DNA of 18,898 bases from an uncultured bacterium (GTDB taxonomy: Bacteria; Gemmatimonadota; Gemmatimonadetes; Gemmatimonadales; Gemmatimonadaceae), in contig CAXBQP010000053.1 in the NCBI GenBank assembly GCA_963978095.1, positions 1 through 18,898 of the forward strand. The letters are read 5' to 3'. Positions within the stretch are counted from its first letter, which is position 1; each line of letters starts with the position of its first letter. The position numbers were made by a program, and so were the translations under genes. Positions 7,685-16,409 of the stretch are shown here, piece by piece. The notes beneath the pieces were generated by a model. It ran no database searches and had not been told where the DNA came from. It saw nothing but the letters and a program-made list of their open reading frames with translations.

Positions 7685-8299
7685 ATGGATCCACGCTCCG
7701 TCGCGCTCCTGTTGGTGGGGTTCCAGAACGACAAGTTCTCGGAGGACTCACCGATTCGCGGGTTTGTGGAGGAGCAACACCAGCTCGACGGGTCGCTCGC
7801 CCACACGGTGCGCTTCGTGCAGGCGATCGCCGATTTGCCGACGTTGATCATCACGACGCCCATCGAGTTCGAAGGCGATGACGCGACGCGGACGCGGCGC
7901 CCGGCGGTGCTCACCGCGATCCGCGACATGGGGCTCCTCAAGAGCTGCTCCGTGGGCGCCGAGACCATTCCGCAGCTGGCCGCGCTCGGCGATCGCATCA
8001 TCACCATCCGCAATCGGTCCGGCTTCAACGCCTTCGCGCAGACGAGTCTCGAGGACACCCTGCGGTCGCACGGCGTCCGTCACGTGCTGATCGCCGGGAG
8101 TTTCACCTCCATGTGCGTCGATTCGTCCGGCCGCGCCGCGTTCGACCTGGGATTCGACGTCACCATCCTCACGGATTGCATCGTGGGGCGGACCAAGTTC
8201 GAAGACGAGTTCTACTGCTCCTCGATCTTCCCGCTGTACGCCAACACGGCGACCAGTAGTCAGATGCTCGAGCAGCTGCGGGGGAGCGGTGCCGACTGA
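7685..8299 (+). CDS. Isochorismatase-fold protein 2, catalytic Asp->Gly and Lys->Arg
   Basis: VALLLVGFQNDKF, NRSGFNAF, GVRHVLIAGSFTSMCVDSSGRAAFDLGFDVTILTDC. From ATG 7685 it aligns without gaps to protein 1. GTG 7682 is an alternative start. Confidence 0.9.
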   Translation: MDPRSVALLLVGFQNDKFSEDSPIRGFVEEQHQLDGSLAHTVRFVQAIADLPTLIITTPIEFEGDDATRTRRPAVLTAIRDMGLLKSCSVGAETIPQLAALGDRIITIRNRSGFNAFAQTSLEDTLRSHGVRHVLIAGSFTSMCVDSSGRAAFDLGFDVTILTDCIVGRTKFEDEFYCSSIFPLYANTATSSQMLEQLRGSGAD

Positions 8300-10763
8300 A
8301 GAGACCGCCTCGCTCGGCGGCAGTCGAGCGCAGCGGTCGCTCGCGGACATTCACGTCGAGGCCACGTCACGGCTCGTGGACGCGTTGGCGGAGTCCGAGA
8401 ATCGCCTGCGCCGGTGCGTGGAGTTCCTCTCCCAGGTCGTCTTCGAGCTGGACGAGGACGGCATTTTGGTCTTCATCAGCCCAGCATGGTTGCGCGTCAT
8501 GGGGGAGGATCCCATGCGTTGCCTGCGTCTCCCGCTGCGTCAGTTCGTGCGCGAGGAGTACCGCCAGACGCTCGACGGGTTTCTGGCCGACCGGACCCGG
8601 CTGCGGCACTCCTTCGAGGCGCATCCGGCCCGATGGGAAACGAGTTGGGCGAAGTTCTCGCTCGCGCGCGTGCCGGAAGGAGGATTCGTCGGCGCCATCG
8701 AGGACCTGACCGCGCAACAGCGGGCGCGAAGCGAGATCGAGATGTTGTCGCTGGTCGCCAGTGCGACCGACAACATGGTGATCATCACCGATGCCCAGGG
8801 GGCCACGACCTGGGTCAACGACGCGTTCACCCGCCGGACGGCGTATACAATCGACGACATGGAGGGACGGACGCCGGGGAGTGTCCTCCAACGCGCCGGT
8901 TCGGAACGTCACGTCGCCGAGTCGTTGGGGCGCGCCGTGCGCGAACAACGCTCCGCCCACGCCGAGATCCTCAACTTCACCAAGAGCGGCGCCCCATACT
9001 GGGTCCAGCTGCAGATCAGCCCGGTCCACGATGCGACCGGTCAGGTGACCCGTTTCGTCTCGATCCAGTCGGAGACCACGGAACGACGCGCGGCGGACGA
9101 GGCTTTGCGTGCGCGCTCCGCCTCGCTCGAGGAACGCGTCTCGGAACGCACCGCGGAGTTGATTGCGGCACGGCGGCGTGCCGAATCCGCGACCAACGCC
9201 AAGAGCGTGTTCCTGGCGAACATGAGCCACGAGATCCGGACGCCGCTCAACGCGATCATCGGACTCTCGAGCCTCTGCCTCACCACCGACCTCGACGAAC
9301 GGCAGCGGGATTACCTCACCAAGGTCGACCGCTCGGCGCAGCACGTCTTGCGCGTGGTCAGTGAGATCCTGGACATGTCGAAGATCGAATCCGGGACCCT
9401 CGCGCTCGATCGCGTCGACTTCTCCATCCGGACGGTGTTGGAGCAGACGGAGGCCATCATGCTCCACTTGGCGCAGAGCCAGGGGATCGCGCTTTCCGTG
9501 ACCTGTGAATCCGACGTGCCAGAGCACGTGGTCGGCGATCCGGTGCGCGTACAGCAAGTCCTGTTGAATCTCCTGAGCAACGCGGTGAAGTTCACGTCGC
9601 GCGGCTCGGTCGACCTCAGCGTGTCCGTCGTGGAGCGCGAGGGTGCCCACGTGGTACTGCGCTTCAGCGTCTCCGACACGGGGATCGGCTTCCCGCCGGA
9701 GATGGCCGAACGATTGTTCGAACCGTTCGCCCAGTTGGACAACTCCTCCACGCGCGAGGTGGGAGGCACGGGGCTCGGCCTTTCGATCAGCAAGCGCCTG
9801 GTATCGCTCATGGGCGGCGAGTTCCGCGTGAAGAGCACGCCGGGACTCGGAAGCACCTTCTCCTTCACGGCATCGCTTCCGGTGAGCTCCGCGCAGGACC
9901 TCGTCCGCACCGTTGCCGCGCAGCGGGAGCAGGCGGATCGGGGCCGAGCCCGCGCCCGCGGCGCGGCCATTCTGGTCGCCGAGGACAACGAGCTCAACCA
10001 GCAGGTCGCGCGCGAGCTGCTCGAGTCGGTCGGCGCGACGGTCTCCATCGCGGAAGATGGACTCGAGGTTCTCCGACTCCTGGACGAGGGCAAGACGTTC
10101 GATCTGATCCTGATGGATGTACAGATGCCGCGCCTCGACGGCATGGAAACGACCCGTCGCATCAGGGAACGGGGAGAAGGCGCGTCCATCCCGATCATCG
10201 CGACCACTGCCAACGCGACGCCGGAAGAACGGCAACGGTGCCGGGTCATCGGGATGAACGACTTCGTTTCGAAGCCGGTGATGCCGGACCAGCTGTTCCA
10301 GACCCTCAGCCGCTGGCTGAGCACCTCGAGCGCGGTTCCGCCGGCGCCGGCCAGCCACGGCGCCTCCACGTCGGAACCGGCGGTCCTGGATTTCAAGACC
10401 CGGGAGATTCGCATGCCGAATCTCGACCTCTCCGCCCTCGAGAAGATGGTCGCCGGCGATCCGGCGAAGCTGTCGCGCCTCCTCGGCATCTTCGTCAGCA
10501 CGACGCAGAAGACCTTGGCCGAGATGGAGGCGTGCATCGCGGGTGAGCAGTTGCCGACCCTCGCTCGGCTCGCGCATCGGTTGCGCTCCGCCGCCGCGAC
10601 GGTGGGCGCCCATCGTATCGCGCGGCAGTGCGAAGCCCTCGAATCGTCCACCACCGAAGCGGACGCGGCCGACCGGGCGGCGCGGCGCGTGCAGGAGATC
10701 CAGGCGTTGTTCGCCGAGGTGCAGCAGGAGTTGGCAGAGCGCAGCGGGCTCCCGCAGCGGTGA
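8289..10763 (+). CDS. Cytoplasmic unorthodox hybrid histidine kinase (PAS-PAS-HisKA-HATPase_c-REC-HPt)
   Basis: PAS1 ([18 protein letters not shown]) and PAS2/PAC ([18 protein letters not shown]...[18 protein letters not shown]). H-box [19 protein letters not shown]-box [11 protein letters not shown]1 DTGIG, F-box LFEPF, G2 GGTGLGL. REC with VAEDN, LMDVQMP and SKP; HPt [14 protein letters not shown]. No transmembrane segment is evident. Overlaps the upstream gene by 11 nt. Confidence 0.95.
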   Translation: MPTEETASLGGSRAQRSLADIHVEATSRLVDALAESENRLRRCVEFLSQVVFELDEDGILVFISPAWLRVMGEDPMRCLRLPLRQFVREEYRQTLDGFLADRTRLRHSFEAHPARWETSWAKFSLARVPEGGFVGAIEDLTAQQRARSEIEMLSLVASATDNMVIITDAQGATTWVNDAFTRRTAYTIDDMEGRTPGSVLQRAGSERHVAESLGRAVREQRSAHAEILNFTKSGAPYWVQLQISPVHDATGQVTRFVSIQSETTERRAADEALRARSASLEERVSERTAELIAARRRAESATNAKSVFLANMSHEIRTPLNAIIGLSSLCLTTDLDERQRDYLTKVDRSAQHVLRVVSEILDMSKIESGTLALDRVDFSIRTVLEQTEAIMLHLAQSQGIALSVTCESDVPEHVVGDPVRVQQVLLNLLSNAVKFTSRGSVDLSVSVVEREGAHVVLRFSVSDTGIGFPPEMAERLFEPFAQLDNSSTREVGGTGLGLSISKRLVSLMGGEFRVKSTPGLGSTFSFTASLPVSSAQDLVRTVAAQREQADRGRARARGAAILVAEDNELNQQVARELLESVGATVSIAEDGLEVLRLLDEGKTFDLILMDVQMPRLDGMETTRRIRERGEGASIPIIATTANATPEERQRCRVIGMNDFVSKPVMPDQLFQTLSRWLSTSSAVPPAPASHGASTSEPAVLDFKTREIRMPNLDLSALEKMVAGDPAKLSRLLGIFVSTTQKTLAEMEACIAGEQLPTLARLAHRLRSAAATVGAHRIARQCEALESSTTEADAADRAARRVQEIQALFAEVQQELAERSGLPQR

Positions 10764-10773
10764 GGTCCAGAGC

Positions 10774-12000
10774 ATGAGTGCGTCCCCGGTCGCCCCGCTG
10801 CGTGTCCTCGCCGTCGACGACGACATCTTCCTGCTCGAGATCGTCAAGGAGATGCTGGAGGTGTGCGGCGTGACCGACTGCCACACGGCATCCGACGGTC
10901 AAGAGGCCTTGCAGCATCTGGACGCATCCGGGGTCCATCCGGACATCATCCTCTGCGACATCGACATGTTCGGCATGGACGGGATCGAGTTCACCCGACA
11001 CCTCGCCACCCGCGCGTACACCGGCGGCTTCGCCATCATGTCCGGTTCGTCGCAACGGATGCTCCGGACGGTCGGCGCGCTGATCGAAGAGCGGAACCTG
11101 CGGTTCCTGGGCTCGATGGAGAAACCGTTGACCGTGGAAGCGCTGCGGGCGATCCTGCAACGCGTGCAGACGTCGCCGGTGGCATCCGCCCCCGCGACAC
11201 CGGCCAGTCCCGAGTTCCCGTCCCTCACCCCGGACGAGATCCGCGCCGGCATCGCGGCCGGCTACATGCGGCTGTATTATCAGCCGAAGATCCACCTCGA
11301 CACGCTCAAGGTGGTGGGGGTCGAAGCCCTGCTCCGGTGGTACGATCCCGAGCGGGGGGTCATCCCGCCGTTGAGCGTGATTCCGGTGGCCGAAGAGCAC
11401 GGCATGATCACCGAGATCACCTTCGCCGTCTTCCGGTTGGCCGCCGAGCAGCAGGCGGCGTGGCAGAAAGCGGGGATCGACCTGGTCGTGGCCGTGAACA
11501 TCTCGGCCGACGATCTCCTGCGGTACGACCTTCCGGATCGCCTGCGCGAGATCGTGGATCAGGTCGGGGCGAACACGAGCCGCCTGACGCTGGAGGTCAC
11601 GGAAGGACGCCTCATGACGAACATGGCATCGGGGATGGAGGTCATCTCGCGGCTGCGCCTCATGGGATTCAACTTCTCCGTCGACGACTTCGGCACCGGG
11701 TACTCGAACCAGGAGAAGCTCCGGAAACTGCCCTTCGACGAGATCAAGATCGACCGGTCGTTCGTCACCGACGCGGTGCAGAATCCGACACTCTGCGCGA
11801 TCGTCGAGTCCAACATCAGCCTCGCCCACGCGCTCGGCATGAGTGTCGTCGCCGAGGGCGCGGAGAGCGAGGCCGACTGCGCCCTGCTGCGGTCCCTCGC
11901 CTGCGACGAGGTCCAAGGATTCTACTTCTGCCGCCCCGTGCCGAATGAGCAGGTGATCGCGTGGAAGAACGAGTGGGAATCCACCCGCGTGCGCGACTGA
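10774..12000 (+). CDS. Response regulator with EAL domain (REC-EAL c-di-GMP phosphodiesterase, RocR/PvrR-like architecture)
   Basis: Start ATG 10774 after GAGG (10762-10765); 408 aa. REC motifs VLAVDDD, ILCDIDMFGMDG, IMSG, EKP. EAL motifs YQPK, GVEALLRW, VNIS, LEVTE, DDFGTGYS, IKIDRSFV, VAEGAE, QGFYF. Confidence 0.95.
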   Translation: MSASPVAPLRVLAVDDDIFLLEIVKEMLEVCGVTDCHTASDGQEALQHLDASGVHPDIILCDIDMFGMDGIEFTRHLATRAYTGGFAIMSGSSQRMLRTVGALIEERNLRFLGSMEKPLTVEALRAILQRVQTSPVASAPATPASPEFPSLTPDEIRAGIAAGYMRLYYQPKIHLDTLKVVGVEALLRWYDPERGVIPPLSVIPVAEEHGMITEITFAVFRLAAEQQAAWQKAGIDLVVAVNISADDLLRYDLPDRLREIVDQVGANTSRLTLEVTEGRLMTNMASGMEVISRLRLMGFNFSVDDFGTGYSNQEKLRKLPFDEIKIDRSFVTDAVQNPTLCAIVESNISLAHALGMSVVAEGAESEADCALLRSLACDEVQGFYFCRPVPNEQVIAWKNEWESTRVRD

Positions 12001-12003
12001 CGC

Positions 12004-13254
12004 TCAGCTCGCCAGCGTCCGGAGCGCCCGCACGAAAGTGTCGAGCTCGGCGGTCGAAGTGTACACCTGCGGGGTCACGCGCACGCCGTGCACGCCGGCC
12101 CCATCGATCGCGACCGTCCACACCTTGAACCGCTCCAGCAGGGTCTTGGCCAGCTCACCCGGCGCCATTCCCTGGATGCCGACGTTGGCGATCGCGCAGG
12201 AGCGTGCCGGATCCGACGGCGTATTGAGCACGACGCGGGGCAGCCCACGGACCTTGTCGCTCCAATAGCGCTGCAGGTACCGCAGACGGGCCTCCTTGCG
12301 CGCCACGCCGATCGCCTCATGGAACACGATGGCGTTCTCGATGCCGAGGTCGGTGTGCGGCGGATGGGTCCCGGTGTGGTTCAACTTCATGATGTCATCC
12401 TGCTTGGGCCCTTCATCACCGTAGATCGGCCAGAGGCGGCCGATCTTGTCCCGTTTCACATAGAGGATGCCGGCGCCGATCGGCGTCGACAGCCATTTGT
12501 GCAGGCTCGCGCCATAGTAATCGCAATGCAGATCGGGAATCCTGAAATCGAGCTGCGCGAACGCGTGCGCGCCATCGACCATGACGTCCACGCCGCGGGC
12601 ATGCGCCATGTCGCAGATCGCCCGCACCGGCAGGATGTGCCCCGTGATGTTCACCATGTGCGGGATCATCAGCAGTCGGGTGCGCGGCGTGATCGCCCGC
12701 GCGTATGTCTGCACCACGACATCGTCCGACGCCGGATCCATCGGGATGTCCACGAACACGTTCACCATCCCGTGCCGCTTGGCCTGGAGCTTGAACATGT
12801 CGATCATGGCGCCGTAATCCTGATTGGCCATGATCGCCTCGTCCCCGGGCTTCCAGTCGTAGCCGTTGATCACCGTATCCAGCGACTCGGTGGTGTTGCG
12901 CGTGATGATCAACTCCTCCGGTCCGCAGCCGGCGATCCCCGCGAGCTTGGTGCGCACGCGGAGCTTGTCGGTATCCTTGACGGTGCGCATGTAATGCGAT
13001 GCCTCGAGATTGATCGCGCGGACGTGGCGGATGAATCCTTCCAGGACCTCCTCGGGCTGGAAGCAGAAGAATCCGTTCTCGAGGTTGATGTACTCCGGGG
13101 TCAGCTTGAACTTGGACCGGATCCCGGCCCAGAACGGCTCGTCCTCGGCGAGTGCGCGCACCGGCATCGCGGCATAGCGCTGCAGCAGTTCGGGGGTGAA
13201 CAGCATCCCCATCGTCGCACCGCCCATCGTCCGCAGGAACTCTCGCTTGTCCAT
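12004..13254 (-). CDS. Aminotransferase class V-fold PLP enzyme (isopenicillin N epimerase/PvdN-like) with Tat-like leader
   Basis: YINLENG, ITRNTTE, HMVNITG, VDGAHAFAQ, SLHKWL (PLP lysine) and GVRVTP. N-terminus MDKREFLRTMGG. SD GGAGG upstream. Confidence 0.9.
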   Translation of the reverse strand: MDKREFLRTMGGATMGMLFTPELLQRYAAMPVRALAEDEPFWAGIRSKFKLTPEYINLENGFFCFQPEEVLEGFIRHVRAINLEASHYMRTVKDTDKLRVRTKLAGIAGCGPEELIITRNTTESLDTVINGYDWKPGDEAIMANQDYGAMIDMFKLQAKRHGMVNVFVDIPMDPASDDVVVQTYARAITPRTRLLMIPHMVNITGHILPVRAICDMAHARGVDVMVDGAHAFAQLDFRIPDLHCDYYGASLHKWLSTPIGAGILYVKRDKIGRLWPIYGDEGPKQDDIMKLNHTGTHPPHTDLGIENAIVFHEAIGVARKEARLRYLQRYWSDKVRGLPRVVLNTPSDPARSCAIANVGIQGMAPGELAKTLLERFKVWTVAIDGAGVHGVRVTPQVYTSTAELDTFVRALRTLAS

Positions 13255-13295
13255 CGCGCCCTCCGTCGGGTCGACCTGCGTGATTGCCGGACCGC

Positions 13296-16200
13296 TCAGA
13301 CCGTGACCGCCGATACCGGTTCGTCCACCGCCAGCGCCGCGCGCCGGCCGCGGCGCACCAGGTCATCGAAGTATGTGTAGATCACCGGCGTGACGTACAG
13401 CGTGATCAACTGGGAGAAGGCCAACCCGCCGACGACCGCGATCCCGAGTGGCCGACGCGATTCCGCCCCCGCGCCCGCGCCCAGGGCGATCGGCAGCGTT
13501 CCAACGAGCGCCGCCATCGTGGTCATCGTGATCGGCCGGAACCGGACCAGACAGGCCTCGTAGATCGCGTCGAAGGGCGTCTTGCCGTGCTTCTCGGCGT
13601 CGACCGCGAAATCGATCATCATGATCGCGTTCTTCTTGACCAGCCCCACCAGCATGATGATGCCCACCCACGCGTACACGGTGAGCTCCGTCCGCGTGAG
13701 CAGCAGCGCCAGCAACGCCCCAAAGGCGGCGAAGGGGATCCCGGAGAGGATCGTGAGCGGATGGATGAAGCTCTCGTAGAGGACGCCCAGCACGATGTAG
13801 ATCACGAAGATCGCGATCACGAACAGCGCGAGCAGACCCTTCTGCGTGTCCTGGAACACCTGGGCGGCCCCATAGAAGCCGGTCGAGATCCCCTCCGGCA
13901 ACACCGCCTTCACCTCCTTCTCGATCTCGTCGGTCGCCTGCCCCAGGGCGTATCCCGGCTTGAGGTTGAACGAGATCGTCACGCTGGGCTGCTGGGACGT
14001 GTGGTTCACCAGCATCGGCCCCACATTGCGCTCCACCCGCGTGACGGAGGACAATGGCACGAGCTTCCCCGTCTTGCCCCGCACATACAGCAGGTCGAGG
14101 GCGCTCAGATCGCGCTGGAACTCCGGCAGCAGCTCCATCACGACCCAGTACTCGTTGTTGGCCGTGTAGATCGTCGAGACCTGGCGCGAGCCGTAGGCGT
14201 TGTACAGCGCCGTCTCGATCTGCTCGGGCGTCACCCCGTACAACGCGGCCCGGTCACGGTCGAGCTGCAACGCCGCCTGCGGATTGGCGATCTGGAGATC
14301 GGTCGTGATGTCGACCGTCGACTTCAGCGTCTTGAACTTGGCCTCGGCAGCCTGCGCCGCGGTGTACAGCGTGGCCAGGTCCGGCGACGTGAGCGTGTAC
14401 TGGTAGCTGCCTTTCGACGTCCTTCCCCCGAGGTTGATGACCGGCTCATTGCGCAGATATACCGCGATGCCTGGCACGACCCGCAGCTTCTTCGACAGGA
14501 TCGGGATGAGTTCGTCCGCCGTCAGCTTGCGCTGTTCACGCGGGCGCAGCCGCAGCGTGAACCGTCCCTGATTGGCGGTCGACGCGCCACCGCCCTGCGA
14601 GGTCCCGACGTTCGAGATCAGCGCCTCGATGTTCTCGGTGTCGGCGAGCGCGATCGCCACGACACGCTTCTGATGCGCCACCATGTCCGTGAAGCTCGTG
14701 CCCTGCGCCGTCTCGGTGGAGACGGAGAGCCGGTTCTGGTCCTCGGAGGGGAAGAACCCCTTCGGGATGATCTGATACGCGACGCCGGTCAGGACCAGCG
14801 CCAACGCGGACGCGACGAGCGCGACGGGACGATGCGCCATCACCCATTCGAGCGTACGCCCGTAGAACCGTGCCGTCCCCTGGTACAGCCGCTCGAAACC
14901 ATCGAGGATGACGTTGCGTCGGCCGTGGAGCCCCTCGGCGGTAAGGAAGCGGCTCGCCAACATCGGCGTCAGCGAGAGCGACACGAACCCCGACACGAGG
15001 ATCGCCACCGCGATCGTGACGGCGAACTCGCGGAACAGCCGCCCCACGATCCCGCTCATGAACAGCAGCGGGATGAACACCGCCACGAGGGAGAGCGTCA
15101 TCGAGAGGATCGTGAAGCCGATCTCGGCCGCCCCCTCAAGGGCGGCCTGCATCGGCGGCTTCCCCATCTCCATGTGGCGCACGATGTTCTCGAGCATCAC
15201 GATGGCATCGTCGACGACAAATCCGACCGCGAGCGTGAGCGCCATCAACGACAAATTGTCGAGACTGAAGGCGAGCGCGTACATCACCGCGAACGTGCCC
15301 ACGAGCGACATCGGTAACGCCAGCGACGGGATCACCGTGGCCGAGACGTTGCGCAGGAACAGGAAGATCACCATCACGACCAACGCGATCGTGAGCATCA
15401 GCGTGACCTTCACGTCGTGCACGGACTCGCGGATCCCCTGGGACCGGTCGTAGAACAGGGTGAACTCGATCGCGGCCGGAATCTGGGCACGCAGCGACGG
15501 GAGCATGGCCTGGATGGCGTCGGCCACCTCCACCGTGTTGGTGCCGGGCTGCTTCTGCACGCCGAGCGAGATGGCGCGCGTGTCCTTGTACCAACCGGCG
15601 ATCTTGTCGTTCTGGACGCCGTCCACCACCTGGCCGAGATCCTTGAGCCGCACCGGCGCGCCATTGCGGTACGCCGCGATCACCTCCCCGAACTGCGCGG
15701 CGTTCACCAGTTGTCCGTTCGCGTTCACCGTGTAGGCCTTGTTGGCCCCCCACAGCACACCGGTCGGCAAATTGACGTTCTGCTGTGCCACGGCCGATGC
15801 GACTTCATCGATGCCGATGCCGCGGCTCGCCAGCTTGCGGGGATCGAGCTGGACACGCGCGGCGTACTTCTGCGTACCCAACACCTGCACCTGCGCGACG
15901 CCGCTGATGGTCGACAACCGCTGGGCGATGCTCGTCTGGATGTATTCATCCAGCTGCGAGAGCGGCATGGTCTTGGACCGGAAGCTCAGATACAGGATCG
16001 GCTGATCGGCCGGATTCGACTTGTTCATCGACGGTGGCACGATGCCCGGCGGCAGTTCGCGCAACGTCTTGCTGATGGACGACTGGACGTCCTGCGCCGC
16101 CGCGTCGATGTTCCGGTCCAACGAGAACTGCAGCGTGATCGTCGTGCTGCCGAGCGAACTCGTGGACGTCATGTTGTCGACGCCCGCGATGGTCGTGAAC

Positions 16201-16409
16201 TGCTTTTCGAGTGGGGTGGCCACCGCGCTGGCCATGGTCTCGGGACTCGCCCCGGGCAACGCCGCCGTGACGGTGATCGTGGGATAGTCGACCACCGGCA
16301 GATCGCTGACCGCGAGCTTCTGGTAGGAGAGCGTGCCGAACACCAGGAACGCGAGCATGACCAAGCTGGTCATGACCGGCCGACGGATGAACAGCGCCGT
16401 GATGTTCAT
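13296..16409 (-). CDS. RND efflux permease (HAE1, MdtB/MdtC-like)
   Basis: 1037 aa. FIRRPVMT, PGASPETMASAVATPLE, GFVVDDAIVMLEN (TM4 Asp pair), GLVKKNAIMMIDF (TM10 Lys), RFRPITMTT, LYVTPVIY. Confidence 0.96.
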   Translation of the reverse strand: MNITALFIRRPVMTSLVMLAFLVFGTLSYQKLAVSDLPVVDYPTITVTAALPGASPETMASAVATPLEKQFTTIAGVDNMTSTSSLGSTTITLQFSLDRNIDAAAQDVQSSISKTLRELPPGIVPPSMNKSNPADQPILYLSFRSKTMPLSQLDEYIQTSIAQRLSTISGVAQVQVLGTQKYAARVQLDPRKLASRGIGIDEVASAVAQQNVNLPTGVLWGANKAYTVNANGQLVNAAQFGEVIAAYRNGAPVRLKDLGQVVDGVQNDKIAGWYKDTRAISLGVQKQPGTNTVEVADAIQAMLPSLRAQIPAAIEFTLFYDRSQGIRESVHDVKVTLMLTIALVVMVIFLFLRNVSATVIPSLALPMSLVGTFAVMYALAFSLDNLSLMALTLAVGFVVDDAIVMLENIVRHMEMGKPPMQAALEGAAEIGFTILSMTLSLVAVFIPLLFMSGIVGRLFREFAVTIAVAILVSGFVSLSLTPMLASRFLTAEGLHGRRNVILDGFERLYQGTARFYGRTLEWVMAHRPVALVASALALVLTGVAYQIIPKGFFPSEDQNRLSVSTETAQGTSFTDMVAHQKRVVAIALADTENIEALISNVGTSQGGGASTANQGRFTLRLRPREQRKLTADELIPILSKKLRVVPGIAVYLRNEPVINLGGRTSKGSYQYTLTSPDLATLYTAAQAAEAKFKTLKSTVDITTDLQIANPQAALQLDRDRAALYGVTPEQIETALYNAYGSRQVSTIYTANNEYWVVMELLPEFQRDLSALDLLYVRGKTGKLVPLSSVTRVERNVGPMLVNHTSQQPSVTISFNLKPGYALGQATDEIEKEVKAVLPEGISTGFYGAAQVFQDTQKGLLALFVIAIFVIYIVLGVLYESFIHPLTILSGIPFAAFGALLALLLTRTELTVYAWVGIIMLVGLVKKNAIMMIDFAVDAEKHGKTPFDAIYEACLVRFRPITMTTMAALVGTLPIALGAGAGAESRRPLGIAVVGGLAFSQLITLYVTPVIYTYFDDLVRRGRRAALAVDEPVSAVTV

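Noticed and set aside
7036..8299. Isochorismatase-fold genes as decaying pseudogenes, or as nicotinamidase/EntB
   Set aside because: Both ORFs are intact, full length and gap-free relative to each other with the same substitution. PncA metal ligands and siderophore context are absent.
8865..8891. Canonical LOV blue-light photoreceptor
   Set aside because: The GRNCRFLQ cysteine motif is absent (GRTPGSVLQ).
10543..10773. N-terminal extension of the REC-EAL ORF, or a frameshift fusion with the kinase
   Set aside because: It overlaps the HPt coding region. ATG 10774 has its own GAGG, and the REC domain starts right after it.
12004..13254. Cysteine desulfurase (IscS/SufS) call
   Set aside because: No SGSAC or RxGHHC catalytic cysteine loop, and no Fe-S cluster genes nearby.
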